Source: Anthoceros angustus (lineage: Eukaryota > Plantae > Anthocerotophyta). Taken from it: DNA of 64,000 nucleotides. Below are positions 1 to 13,084 of the stretch, one piece after another. The position numbers and the translations under genes were made by a program. How positions within the stretch are numbered: position 1 is the first letter of the stretch; the number at the start of each line of letters is the position of its first letter. The notes beneath the pieces are model-generated. The model made no database searches, was not told the origin of the DNA, and saw only the letters and a list, made by a program, of their open reading frames with translations. The stretch lies in assembly GCA_010909165.1 (NCBI GenBank), contig MU008171.1:620001-684000 (forward strand), read 5' to 3'.

Positions 1-737
1 TCCGGTAGGTAACAAATCCCTTACATGGTATAACTCCCCAAGCTGAGTTAGACTTTTTTTCCTCCCTCTGCTCTCGTGGATGGTGTGATAAATTGGATGT
101 CTTTTGCAGAGTGCCTTCCACAGGTTGTTGAATAAAGAAGAGGGGAAAAGGGCGACTTGGGAATATCCATTTGCAGTTGCAGGACTTAATATTTCCTTCA
201 TGCTCATCCAGATGCTGGACCTTCGATCTCGTAAGTCTTGTTTATGTCTATTAGATGGTGGCACCCAGTCTGTGTTTTCTCTTATCTATTATAACATGTT
301 TTTAATCAGCAGAAAAGCCAAGCTCTTTATCAGCAGCAACTTTCCTGAAAATCTTAGCAGGTGTTCCCTCTCACTGTGCAAATATTGTCCAGAGCTTTCT
401 GCCTGATGTTCTAGAAGGCTATTTCCATCCAACTGTAACCTCGCAGGGTTCTGCTTTTACAGAGGATGAATCTGCATTCGATATGCTGTACTGCGTTGCA
501 TTTGAGATGTTGGATGCCCAGTGGCTGGCAATGCGTGCTTCATACATGGAATTCAACGTAAGTTTTGTTGTTTTCTTTCGTTTTCATTCTGCCTTGCCAG
601 ACGGACCGACAGAAATTTACATGTACACGTGGCAGGCTGTTCTGCGAGCCACCCAAGCACAACTCGAAAGAGAGTTGAGTCTGGAGGACGTAAGTAGAGT
701 GGAGGACCTCCCGGCCTACACTCTGTTGTGCCAATAA
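1..737 (+). CDS. ELMO/CED-12 domain-containing protein, 3' exons (110-230, 310-360, 463-557, 636-737; upstream exon ends at 4)
   Basis: GT-AG junctions splice in frame to SAFHRLLNKEEGKRATWEYPFAVAGLNISFMLIQMLDLRS-PEKPSSLSAATFLKILA-EDESAFDMLYCVAFEMLDAQWLAMRASYMEFN-AVLRATQAQLERELSLEDVSRVEDLPAYTLLCQ*. This matches the plant ELMO-domain C-terminus. Confidence 0.93.
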
Positions 738-1102
738 TTTTCCCGATGGGAGAGAGCATGCCGCGCGGGGATATGCTAAGGAAGCATGGCGCTGTAAGCA
801 ATGTATGGGAGCGTGTAACTTGAAAGAAATGTAACTACGCATTTCGTTTTACATATGGCATGCATTCAATGCCGTCGTTTGTAAGTATTGTTAAGGATCC
901 ATATGCGGGGTCGCATATGGCCTGCCGCCGATGGTTGGGCTTTGAAAGGTGGCCCGCCCTGGGACCCTCCAGGTGGCATAAAGCGCAGTCAGTTAAAGTA
1001 GGAATACGGTTCGCAAGACAGTTAACTGCACGGCATTTCCTTTGCACGGCATTTCCTTTTATGGCCATGTTGTATGTGAATGACATAACAAAAGGCCCGC
1101 TT

Positions 1103-1679
1103 AGTAATGACATTGATGAAATAAGGTAGAAAGGCGAAAAGTTGAAAAAGGTAAAAAGCTAAGTTAGTAGCTGCCCTGTTAAGAAGATGCATGTGTTGCA
1201 TGCTTCATGCAATCTCTTGTTAGAGAGGAATTGCTACCACAAATGAAGAGCTGCCTAGAGAGGACTCTTAGTGATTAGTGGTCCGTAAGAATCCCTAGAT
1301 TTAACTGCCTAGTTAAGGTCATGGGATATATAAGGGCTAGAGCAAGGGCTTTGAGGAACAAGTTACAAGTGGGACTCACTCTTTGAGAGAGCGAGCAAGT
1401 GTCTTGTGCAAGCCTTGTGTTGAGAGAGTGGAGAGCTAGCTAGTGAGCTTGTCATGGAATTGCAAGAAGTGCCGTTGCGAGATAGCCGATTCCATCGTTG
1501 TATTCTTGTAATAAAGAGCGGCACCTCGAGGAGGTGGCTGCGAGTCGTCGATGACGGGCTACTTGGAGCCTAGTCGTGTTGTGAGGTTGAGGCGAGAATC
1601 GTGCAAGTCTCTTGTGGAGTGAATTGGCGAGGTCCTAGACTGGAAGACTTGGCTTCCTTCTGCAGTGAGGGGTGTTACT
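1103..1679 (+). repeat. 5' LTR (577 bp)
   Basis: Aligns end to end with 10350-10925. Starts AGTAAT, ends GTTACT, TATA-like GGATATATAAG at about 1325, followed by the PBS. Confidence 0.93.
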
Positions 1680-1683
1680 TGAG

Positions 1684-1695
1684 TGGTATCAAAGC
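1684..1695 (+). promoter_or_regulatory. Primer-binding site (tRNA-iMet type)
   Basis: TGGTATCAAAGC, one mismatch from TGGTATCAGAGC, 4 nt after the LTR end. Confidence 0.88.
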
Positions 1696-1723
1696 GTAGT
1701 CCATTCCTCCGAGTGATTAGAGA

Positions 1724-4700
1724 GTGCACAAGATGGTCAATGAGAAGCGTAAGGAGAGGTCAAGAAGCGGCGGTCTCCGATCATCCGCCTCAACCGCAAG
1801 ATTCATCATCGTCGAACAAGAGGAAGTGAGAGCGCGCGAGAAGCAGAGGATCGAGAGAAGTCGAGGACTGGAAGAAGCGGATGGTGGAAGTACTTTATCA
1901 AGTTCTTCCAGTGTCTTGGCGATGTAATGACTTCAAGGAAGAAGACAAAGCGAGAATCCAGGCCACACTCAACAAGGCGAAGATGCGGAAGAACAAGAAA
2001 TCTTCCGAATTCAGCATCTTCAAAGTGGCTCCAAAATCGAGCATGAAGCTAGCCCTACCGGATAAGTATGAGGGAGAAAGAGATCCGCAAGTCATTGATT
2101 CTTGGATCTATTCTATTGAGACTTATCTCGCCTCATCGTGTTGAGGAGTACTACTTAGGTCGTTGGCAATTTCTTAAAGGGCTATGCTTTGGTCCGGTGG
2201 CGAGTTATGGTGCTAATGTTGCCGGGTAGAGCACATACCATCACGCATCGGGCATCCTTCAAAGAAGCCCTCAAGCGGTTCCAACTGCGAATGCTTCGTC
2301 TAAGTAGGCAATGACACAATATCAAGCAAGCAGTCTTGTCGAGATTATGTAAGTACCTTGTGAAGTGCCGCACTACCATGAGTGAAGATGACAAACCATC
2401 GCTTCATGGTGGTTTGAAGGATTGGGCTGCTAATTGAGTTGCATAGTCCATTCCTCCGAGTGACTAGAGAGTGCACAAGATGGTCAATGAGAAGCGTAAG
2501 GAGAGGTCAAGAAGCGCAGCCTCCCGATCATCCGCCTCAACCGCTTGAAGATTCATCATCGTCGGAACAAGAGGAAGTGAGAGCGCCCCGAGAGCAAAGA
2601 AAAGCATCGAGAGAAGTCAGAGGACTGGAAGAAACGGATGGTGGAAGTACTTTATCAAGTTCTTCCAGGTGTCTTGGACGATGTAATGACTTCAAGGAAG
2701 AAGACAAAGCAGAATCCAGAGCCCACAGCTCAACAAGGCGAAGATGCGGAAGAACAACAAGAAATCTTCCCGGCGAATTCAGCAGGCATCTTCAAAGTGG
2801 CTCCAAAATCGAGCATGAAGCTAGCCCTACCAGATAAGTATGAGGGAGAAAGAGATCTGCAAGTCATTGATTCTTGGATCTATTCTATTGAGACTTATCT
2901 CGCCTCATCTGGTGTTGAGCCGGAGTACTACTTAGGTACTGTTGGCAATTTCTTAAAGGGCTATGCTTTGGTCCGTGGCGGTTATGGTGCTAATGTTGCC
3001 TGGTAACCGAGCACATACCATCACAGATCGGGCATCCTTCAAAGAAGCCCTCAAGAAGCGGTTCCAACTGCGAATGCTTCGTCTAAGTGAGCGACAATAT
3101 CAAAAAAAATTTGACGAGATTATGTAAGTACCTTAGTGAAGTCATGCAATCGCACTACCATGAGTGAAGATGACAAACGCATCGCTTCATGGTGGTTTGA
3201 AGGATTGGGCTGCTAATGCAATTGAGTTGCATAGTCCAACTACATTGGCGAGGCCATTACGCAGATGCCATCCGGATACTTTCCATTCTAGTACATCCAA
3301 CTCCTCCAAGATTTCGAGGCGCGTGGTGGTATGCCCAAACTAGAGGAAGCTCTAGTAGTGCCAACAGAGGAGCTACTAAGTACACTGGCGGAAATGGAGT
3401 TGCAAGAGGCAATTCAAGAGGAAATTTCATGAAGAAATCGAGGAGCGCAGAGGCGCGGAGCTCGAGCAGTATGGGTTCTCGAAAAGGAGTATGCTACTCA
3501 TGTGGAGAGCCGGGACATTATGCAAATGAATGCCCGAATGCTGAACAGACTCTCAACGTAGCAGAAGGAGATCCACAGCCCCGAAGACTCAGGATTACGG
3601 AAGTGGCCGGATCCGAGGATCCCAAATGACGGGATCGGCCACATGTTGCGAAGGCTGCATGTGGTGAGTCTCAGAGTGCTGAGGACAGCACTATTCGGAG
3701 GGCGGGTGGAGAGCTCATGTACATACATGGATGTATAAATGGAGCGAGCGAGGATGTTGCTTGACTTAGCAACACATAATTTCATTTCTCCTAGCAAGGC
3801 AAGCAAGCTTGGTTTGACATGGGCTAGTACATCCGAGCCATGTAGAGTGAAACAAGCTAAAGGAATCTTTGCAACACAAAGGTGAATTGCAAGAAGTGCC
3901 GTTGCGAGATAGGGAATTGGAATGGAGCGTGAGCTTCACGGTTGTAGATATGGATGATCATGAAATCATCTTGGGCTTAGAATGGATGAAGGCCAACAAG
4001 GTATGTGTGAACGTGGACTCACGCACCATACAGATCTTAGGAGATGAAGAGCACAAAGTGAGTTGTGCGTTCTCAAGCGAGGCTTGGAGACAACATTGAT
4101 GATATCATCTCTAAGAAAAGCTCAAATGTTGTGTAAAGGATGGAGAGGAACTCTTTTACTTGTCTGCAAGGACTAGAAGATGGTCTTGAGATGGAGTCTC
4201 GGGAGCCAAAGATTCCAAGGAAGTGCAGTCTTGAATGAGTTCAAGGACTTGATGCCCGATGAGTTGCCTCCTTTACCTCCTAGAAGAATTGTAGATCATG
4301 AGATTGATCTCAAGCCGTGAAGTACACCGCCTTCAAGAGCGCCATATAGATTATCGCAGGATGAGCTACAAGAGTCAAGAGACAGATGTCTAACTCTAGC
4401 CAAGGGCTATGTGAGAATCTCAAAGTCCCCATTTGGTGCGCCTGTTGTTCACAAGAAGAATGGAGGATTGAGATTATGCTTGGATTACGAGCACTCAATC
4501 GATAATGTTGAAGAATTCTTATCCTTTGCCAAGGATGGATGACTTGTTTGTGATTGAGAGGTGCTAAGTATTTCACCAAGTTGGATCTAATGGCGAGCTA
4601 TTACCAGTTCGCATCGTGAAGGACATGAATACAAGACGCTTGTAGAACAAGGTATGGATCTTTTGAGTTCCTTGTCATGCCATTTGGACTCACTAATGCA

Positions 4701-7700
4701 CCACGTTTGAGACTCTCATGAATACTATATTCGAGATCATTGGATGAGTGTGTTGTGATCTACTTGGATGACATTATGATATCTGATTCTACCTTGGAAG
4801 AGCATGTCCAACACTTGAGGAAAGTGTTAGAAAGGTTAAGAGCAAATTCTTTGTTCTTAGCTATAACAAAGTGTGACTTTGTTAAGGAAGAGATAGACTT
4901 CCTAGGATTCATTGTCTCTGCGGATGGTATCGGGATGGATCCCGATAAGGTAAAACCATCTGAGTTGGCTGCCGAATGTGCACGAGGTGCGTATGTTTTG
5001 GGATTGGCTAGCGTGTAAGATTTGTACCGATGTTTGCCAAGATTGCCCCATTAACGATCTCTTGAAGAAGGCGAAGGCTTGGAAGTGGGATGATGAATGT
5101 CGAGGGCATTCGAGTTTGAAGTTGAAACTCAGACTACCCGATGTTGGCAATCTATGATCCAAAGAAGGATATAGAAGTATATCTTGATCGTCGGATATTG
5201 CAATTGGAGTGCTCATGCAAGAAGGTAGGCCGGTGGCTTACGAATCAAGGCATGAACATGAAAGGAAGTACCCACTTATGAAAAGGAGATGGCCATCAAT
5301 TGTCTCAAGATTTGGAGACATTATCTTCTAGGAAGATCTTTTGTCTTTGTACAGACAATGTAAGCACGAGCTTCTTTACAAATCAGCTGCGACTAAGCGC
5401 AAGACAGCTAGATGGCAAGATTTCCTAGCAATGTATGATGTGTCTATCAAGTACAAGCCGGAAGGAGAATCTCGCGGATGCTTTGAGTCATGAGTTTAAG
5501 TTTGATAAGCTTTTCTGTTGAAGAATTCTTATCCTTTGCCAAGGATGGATGACTTGTTGATGATTGAGAGGTGCTAAGTATTTCACCAAGTTGGATCTAA
5601 TGGCGTGCTATTACCGATTCGCATCGTGAAGGACATGAATACAAGACCGCTTGTAGAACAAGGTATGGATCTTTTGAGTTCCTTGTCATGCCATTTGGAC
5701 TCACTAATGCACCACGTTTGAGACTCTCATGAATACTATATTCGAGATCTGGATGAGTGTGTTGTGATCTACTTGGATGACATTATGATATACGCTTCTA
5801 CCTTGAAGAGCATGTCCAACACTTGAGGAAAGTGTTAGAAAGGTTAAGAGCAAATTCTTTGTTCTTAGCTATAACAAAGTGTGACTTTGTTAAGGAAGAG
5901 ATAGACTTCCTAGGATTCATTGTCTCTGCGGATGGTATCGGGATGGATCCCGATAAGGTAAAACCATCTGAGTTGGCTGCCGAATGTGCAGTGCGTATGT
6001 TTTGGGATTGGCTAGCGTGTAAGATTTGTACCGATGTTTGCCAAGATTGCGCCCCATTAACGATCTCTTGAAGAAGGCGAAGGCTTGGAAGTGGGATGAT
6101 GAATGTCGAGGGCATTCGAGTTTGAAGTTGAAACTCAGACTACCCGATGTTGGCAATCTATGATCCAAGAAGGATATAGAAGTATATCTTGATCGTCGGA
6201 TATTGCAATTGGAGTGCTCATGCAAGAAGGTAGGCCGGTGGCTTACGAATCAAGGCATGAACATGAAAGGAAGTACCCACTTATGAAAAGGAGATGGCCA
6301 TCAATTGTCTCAAGATTTGGAGACATTATCTTCTAGGAAGATCTTTTGTCTTTGTACAGACAATGTAAGCACGAGCTTCTTTACAAATCAGCTGCGACTA
6401 AGCGCAAGACAGCTAGATGGCAAGATTTCCTAGCAATGTATGATGTGTCTATCAAGTACAAGCCGGAAGGAGAATCTCGCGGATGCTTTGAGTCGCAAGC
6501 GAGTTTAAGTTTGATAAGCTTTTCTGTTGAAGAGCATGTCCAACACTTGAGGAAAGTGTTAGAAAGGTTAAGAGCAAATTCTTTGTTCTTAGCTATAACA
6601 AAGTGTGACTTTGTTAAGGAAGAGATAGACTTCCTAGGATTCATTGTCTCGGATGGTATCGGGATGGATCCCGATAAGGTAAAGGTTATACGAGTTGGCT
6701 GCCGAATGTGCAATGTGCACGAGGTGCGTATGTTTTGGGATTGGCTAGCGTGTAAGATTTGTACCGATGTTTGCCAAGATTGCGCCCCATTAATCGATCT
6801 CTTGAAGAAGGCGAAGGCTTGGAAGTGGGATGATGAATGTCGAGGGCATTCGAGTTTCAAGTTGAAACTCAAGACTACCCCAAGATTGGCAATCTATGAT
6901 CCAAGAAGGATATAGAAGTATATCGATCGTCGGATATTGCAATTGGAGTGCTCATGCAAGAAGGTAGGCCGGTGGCTTACGAATCAAGGAAGTGCATGAA
7001 CATGAAAGGAAGTACCCACTTATGAAAAGGAGATGATCATCATCAATTGTCTCAAGATTTGGAGACATTATCTTCTAGGAAGATCTTTAGTATACGCATA
7101 TGTAAGCACGAGCTTTACAAATCAGCTACTAAGCGCAAGAGCTAGATGGCAAGATTTCCTAGCAATGTATGATGTGTCTATCAAGTACAAGCCGGAAGGA
7201 GAATCTCGTATGCTTTGAGTCGCAAGCGAGTTTAAGTTTGATAACCGCTTATCAAGAGGCCTAAGCTAGCAACACGGATGGTGATTGAGCCAAGGACACT
7301 CACACGCAGATCAAGGAAGCTTATCTGCGAGATCCATTAATGCTGAGATTGGATCAATGAAGTGGAGCAACCGGATCTAAGTTTAAGCTTAGAAATGGCT
7401 TGTTGATGTTCAAGCAAAAGCATTGTGATTCACGATTCTCATGTGTTGAGAAGGAAGTTGCTTGCAGTGTCATGATGTGCCAAGTGCAGTCATAGAGGAA
7501 TTGACCCAACTTATGAGAAGTTGAGAAAGGCATTTCTTGGCTGGAATGTACAAGCATCTTGAGTATGTTAAGTCTTGTGTAGATCGGCAGGATAAGGTGG
7601 AGCAGACAAATCCGAGGTTTGTTGCAACCGCCTATTCCAAGTGGGCCTTGGAAAAGTATATCAATGGATTTCATTATGCCATTGCCAAGAATGGACACAC

Positions 7701-9620
7701 ACTATCATGACGGTGGTTGATAGATTCAAGCAAGCACACTTCATCCCTACGAAGAAGCGGTGAAAGCTTAAAGTTGCTCGATTGTTCAAGAAGCATGTAT
7801 ATGTGTTACATGGACGCCTATGCATTGTGAGTGAGATCCCAGTTCTGCGAGTTTTGGCAACTTATGAAGAGCTTAGGAGTGCAATTATGTATGAGCACAG
7901 TACCACGATACAGATGGATCAACAGAGGGTGAACAGAATCCAAGAAGAATACTTACGACACTATATGCGGATGGACCGTGAGGAGTAATCATCTTGAGGA
8001 TGCGAATTTTGTTATAATAACATAGCTCCACAGGCTACACACCTTTTCGGATGATGTAACGAAGCAATGGACGTAGTTTCCATGTTGAATGCTAGCGTGT
8101 TTGAGGCAAGAGAACCACGTGAATTCATTGAGCGATTAAGGGCGGGCATGAAGTTGCTAAGAAGATATTGGCCAAGGCTCGGGACGGGCAAAAGAAGTTT
8201 CTTGTGGACAGAGCAAGCGAGTTTAAGTTTGATAACCGCTTTTCAAGAGGCCTAAGCTAGCGCAACACGGATGGTGATTGAGCCAAGGACACTCACACGC
8301 ATCAAGGAAGCTTATCTGCGAGATCCATTAGTGCGATTGGATCAATGAAGTGGAGCAACCGGATCTAAGTTTAAGCTTAGAAATGGCTTGTTGATGTTCA
8401 AGCAAAACAGATTGTGATTCCCGATTCTCATGTGTTGAGAAGGAAGTTGCTTGCAGTGTCATGATGTGCCAAGTGCAGTCATAGAGGAATTGACCCAACT
8501 TATGAGAAGTTGAGAAAGGCATTTCTTGGCTGGAATGTACAAGCATCGTTGAGTATGTTAAGTCTTGTGTAGATCGCAGGATAAGGTGGAGCAGACAAAT
8601 CCGAGGTTTGTTGCAACCCCTATTCCAAGTGGGCCTTGGAAAAGTATATCAATGGATTTCATTATGCCATTGCCAAGAATGGACACACACTATCATGACT
8701 GGTTGATAGATTCAAGCAAGCACACTTCATCCCTACGAAGCGGTGAAAGCTTGAAGTTGCTCGATTGTTCAAGAAGCATGTATATGTGTTACATGGACGC
8801 CTATGCATTGTGAGTGAGATCCCAGTTCTGCGAGTTTTGGCAACTTATGAAGAGCTTAGGAGTGCAATTATGTATGAGCACAGTACCACCCGATACGGAT
8901 GGATCAACGAGAGGGTGAATCCAAGAAGAATACTTACGACACTATATGCGGATGGACCGGTGACGGAGTAATCATCTTGAGGATGCAATTTTGTTATAAT
9001 AACATCGCATAGCTCCACAGGCTACACACCTTTTCGGATGATGTAACGAAGCAATGGACGTAGTTTCCATGTTGAATGCTAGCGTGTTTGAGACAACAAG
9101 AGAACCACGTGAATTCATTGAGCGATTAAGGGCCGGGCATGAAGTTGCTAAGAAGATATTGGCCAAGGCTCGGGGCAGCAAAAGAAGTTTCTTGTGAGCC
9201 GAGCAAGAGGCGAGTTTCAAGTAGGAGACAAGGTGTGGGTGAAATTGAAGAATTTCCCACACAAGGCGACCTCAAAGTTAAGGCCTAAGTATGGAGGACC
9301 TTCGTAGTTAAGCGCATTGGAAATGTGGCTTACAAACTACATTGCTGAATGGATCTTCTCTCATAATGTGTTTCATGTCTCTTCTTTGAAACCATTTGTG
9401 ATTTCGAAGAGAATGAAGATATGAGCAGGAAGGATTATGTCATCCCGGTTCAACACAATCATGGTCTGCGGAGATTGTTGAATTCTGGCGAGAGAGAAGT
9501 GCCTCGTCGTGGTAATGTACAGTATCGTAAGGCTTCGTGGTTATGCGGATCCTGCAGGTTTCACTTGAAGATGTGCAACAAGGATCATGGATGATCTCGC
9601 GTTACGGAGGTCATTGAGGA
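1724..9620 (+). pseudogene. gag-pol polyprotein, fragmented by frameshifts and duplicated blocks
   Basis: Gag PDKYEGERD...WIYSIE; CCHC knuckle CYSCGEPGHYANEC (about 3497-3535); protease LLDLATHNFIS; RT VVIYLDDIM and KCDFVKEEIDFLG; RNase H WRHYLLGR/ARWQDFLAMYD; integrase PWKSISMDFIMPLP and KLRPKYGGP; degenerate chromodomain-like segment at about 9470-9580. Confidence 0.9.
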
Positions 9621-9643
9621 CAATGACATCTTCCTGGGGAGAG

Positions 9644-9922
9644 AGTAGCAGTGAAACAAGGTAGAAAGGTGAAAAGTTGAAAAGGTAAAAGCTAAGTTAG
9701 TAGCCTGTTAAGAAGATGCATGTGTTGCATGCTTCATGCAATCTCTTGTTAGAGAGGAATTGCTACGACCACAAATGAAGAGCTGCCTAGAGAGGACTCT
9801 TAGTGATTAGTGGTCCGTAAGAATCCCTAGATTTAACTGCCTAGTTAAGGTCAGTCAGGATATATAAGGGCTAGAGCAAGGGCTTTGAGGAACAAGTTAC
9901 AAGTTACTCACTCTTTGAGAGA
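9644..9922 (+). repeat. Third, 3'-truncated LTR copy within an internal duplication
   Basis: PPT GGGGAGAG then AGTAGCAGTGAAACAAGG, matching the first ~280 bp of the LTR, then a jump back to integrase 3' sequence. Confidence 0.85.
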
Positions 9923-10340
9923 GGCGAGTTTCAAGTAGGAGACAAGGTGTGGGTGAAATTGAAGAATTTCCCACTGACCTCAAAGTTAAGGCCTAAGTAT
10001 GGAGGACCTTTTCGTAGTTCAAGCGCATTGGAAATGTGGCTTACAAACTGATTACTGAATGGATCTTCTCTCATAATGTGTTTCATGTCTCTTCTTTGAA
10101 ACCATTTGTGATTTCGAAGAGAATGAAGATATGAGCAGGAAGGATTATGTCATCACGGTTCAACACAATCATGGTCTGCGGAGATTGTTGAATTCTGGCG
10201 AGAGAAGTGCCCTCTTGTCGTGGTAATGTACGAGTATCGTAAGGCTTCGTGGTTATGGATCATCACTTGAAGATGTGCAACAAGGATCATGGATGATCTC
10301 GCGTTACGGAGGTCATTGAGGACAATGACATCTTCCCGAT

Positions 10341-10349
10341 GGGGGAGAG
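10341..10349 (+). promoter_or_regulatory. Polypurine tract
   Basis: GGGGGAGAG immediately before the 3' LTR start AGTAAC. Confidence 0.85.
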
Positions 10350-10925
10350 AGTAACGACCGTGAAACAGGTAGAAAGGTGAAAAGTTGAAAAGGTAAAAGC
10401 TAAGTTAGTAGCCTGTTAAGAAGATGCATGTGTTGCATGCTTCATGCAATCTCTTGTTAGAGAGGAATTGCTACGACCACAAATGAAGAGCTAGAGAGGA
10501 CTCTTAGTGATTAGTGGTGCAGAATCCCTAGATTTAACTTAATTTGCCTAGTTAAGGTCATGGATATATAAGGGCTAGAGCAAGGGCTTTGAGGAACAAG
10601 TTACAAGTTACTCACTCTTTGAGAGCGAGCAAGTGTCTTGTTGCAAGCCTGTGTTGAGAGAGGCTGGAGAGCTAGCTAGTGAGCTTGTCATGGAATCAAG
10701 GCGGCGCAGTTGTGAAGCCGATTCCATCGTTGTATTCTTGCAATAAAGCGGCACCTCGAGGAGGTGGCTGCGAGTCGTCGATGGGACGGGCTACTTGGAG
10801 CCTAGTCTTGTGTTGTGAGGTTGAGAGAGCGAGAATCGTGCAAGTCTCTTGTGGAGTGAATTGGCGGTCCTAGACATTGGGAAGCCGACACTTGGCCTTC
10901 CTTCTTGGCGATGAGGGGTGTTACT
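10350..10925 (+). repeat. 3' LTR (576 bp)
   Basis: Matches the 5' LTR; AGTAAC...GTTACT; followed by TSD CGCTT. Confidence 0.93.
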
Positions 10926-11197
10926 CGCTTGGCTCACAAAACGCGTGCGTCATTTTTGGTAATCTTTTACTGACTATTACCAAACAGCTGAGAAAAGGAA
11001 TGGGGACAAAACATGACAAAAGGCCCGCTTGGCTCACAAAACGTGTGCGTCATTTTTGGTAATTTTTTTACTGACTATTACCAAACAGCTGAGAAAAGGA
11101 ATGGGGACAAAACATGACAAAAGGCCCGCTTGGCTCACAAAACGTGTGCTTCATTTTTGGTAATCTTTTACTGACTATTACCAAAAACCTGAGAAAA
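10926..11197. repeat. ~100-bp tandem repeat, about 2.7 copies, interrupted by the retrotransposon
   Basis: CGCTTGGCTCACAAAACG units start at 10926, 11026 and 11127. The preceding part of the unit (ACAAAAGGCCCGCTT) lies left of the 5' LTR at 1088-1102. Confidence 0.95.
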
Positions 11198-11668
11198 GAC
11201 TGAATTCGGATTGGTCGTAGGTTTCGGTTGTCTGGATATATATCTCAGTTGCCTCTGAGAACAAGCACCCAAAAAGTGAATGCTTACTGCGTTTCCAGGC
11301 GGCTGAAAAAGGAGTGCTGCACTTTCCTACGTAAGTTCGACAACCAGTGTCGAAAAGTGCGATCACTTTGCAAAGGAAACTCCGATTATAGTGGACAGAA
11401 AATCGTCATGTTAACAGGGGAGAACCAGGCCTCCTGCTTAGCTACCACATGCTTCCTTTAGACTCAAACTCCTCTTTCCGCGCAAAATGATTGGTACTCC
11501 GAAGTCCCAGACCCATTGCAGAAGATCGGACTACTTAGAGCGTTTTCTACTCGCTGAGCGGGTCGACACAAATTGAGCTGACTTCACCAGGTTGAAGCAG
11601 AGTGCAGAGTCCTGATACCTGGGCAGTGCACTACCTTCCATCCGACTCCACTCATGAATGAATCCCTC

Positions 11669-13084
11669 TCAAAAAGGAATCACATAAGGCAAGGCGTAAA
11701 TGCCAACAGAGGGCAAATAAACAGCCTCAGCCCCGACCCGAATAGCCCTATTCTGCTCCACTTCTTCCTCCACCCTTACGTCATCCACTTGGGCCTTCGG
11801 CTTGGAGTGGAGACGGTCACTTCGAAAGAGCCAATCCTGACTACCAATGGCAGCAGACGAAGGGTTCTGCTGGGCAACATCAATATCCCTGAGGGCCTTG
11901 TCCACCCAATCCTCCTGAGGCAATTGCTTCACTACGCCTACACTACTCTGTTTCTTCTTGCTGCTGCCATCAATGTGATGATCAACCGATATCCTAGGAG
12001 GTCCCGCAACATCCTCATCTGCAGGGTGACAAGTACTAGAGCCAGAAGGTGGCTTTGGCAAAACTATGGATGGTGGCAGGCTGCTTTCAACCTTGCCGTT
12101 CGCTAACTCCTTATTTCTATTATACACTTTGCTCCCCCCTGATGGCTGACGGACTGTACTGGTGGCCAGTAAGGGCTCACTAATAGGAGGAGTCCTGGAA
12201 TCTGCACCCCTTGCCCCACTGTCAGGCACTGGTAGCTCAATAACAGTGGAAATCTTTGTCTCGGGCCGCACTCTCCCATTCTCCGTGTGGAGCTCATTGA
12301 CAGGAGCACTTCGCTGAAGCTTACTGGACCGCTTGTCCTTGTCTGTAAGCAAAGGCAAGTAGGTCCAAGGCCCAAAGCACGTGCAGGCACCATAGTCTGT
12401 AAATATACTTGTCTTTGCAGATACAGAGAAACCTCTTGTCTGAACGGACAGAGCAAGCACACTAAAAGTAGCAGGGAATGGAGGAACTACCTACATGCTG
12501 CAGGCAATGCAGCAGGTACTGCTATACCTAGTGACCAGTGCACATGGAAGCAGGTCCATACACTTAACATATAGCGCAGACAGGAGCTCACAGTAGAGCA
12601 GATACAGACAGGGTGGGATGGGATGGGGACAGACAACTGAGCTACCTACCCAGAATCAAGAATCAGGGAAGAGAGTACTGACCATGTGCATCACCATTGG
12701 TGTCGCCCTCCCTTTTCCTTTTCTTCTTCTTCTCTTTATGGTCTTTGTCCTTATGGTCTTTATCTCTATGCTTGTGCTTCTCCTTCTGAACCTTGGCCAG
12801 ACCACGCACCGTAAGTCACCATTTCAACACACACAACAATTTACTGACAACATTTGCGAGGCACCCCCTGCGAACCATGGCGCCCTACTTGGAGACGGTA
12901 GCGAATCTCCCTAGAAGCAAGAGAAACCCTAATCACGTCGAGAAGCCTATCACCTCCTTGCCCACCGCTAACCGGTCTGGTGCGGAGAGGAAGTGCGGAC
13001 CTTGGAAGGCAGAGCTACATCCACTGGTGTGTCCTTGGCCTTCTTCTCGTATCCCGGAGGCGGGTATGGATAGCACCGAGACAT
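11669..13084 (-). CDS. Uncharacterised conserved land-plant protein (Lys/Asp/His-rich; 'MSRC(F/Y)P(F/Y)PPPGY...ALPYV(I/V)PF' family); exons 13084-13001, 12785-12683, 12342-11669
   Basis: Starts MSRCYPYPPPGYEKKA, middle exon KEKHKHRDKDHKDKDHKEKKKKRKREGD, ends QDWLF...AEAVYLPSVGIYALPYVIPF*. GT-AG introns keep frame; the exon 2 acceptor is the least certain boundary. Confidence 0.85.

Larger units (their letters stand above)
1103..10925 (+). mobile_element. Full-length Ty3/Gypsy LTR retrotransposon (chromovirus-like) with internal tandem duplications
   Basis: Two LTRs of about 577 bp, TSD CGCTT (1098-1102 and 10926-10930), PBS and PPT. Domain order is gag-PR-RT-RH-INT with a chromodomain-like tail. 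Confidence 0.95.

Noticed and set aside
10926-11197. CRISPR-like array
   Set aside because: Plain head-to-tail repeats without unique spacers, in eukaryotic DNA with no cas genes.
11654-12106. Plus-strand 150-aa ORF, and similar antisense ORFs such as 63425-63883 and 19170-20653
   Set aside because: Antisense shadows of real or GC-rich coding sequence.
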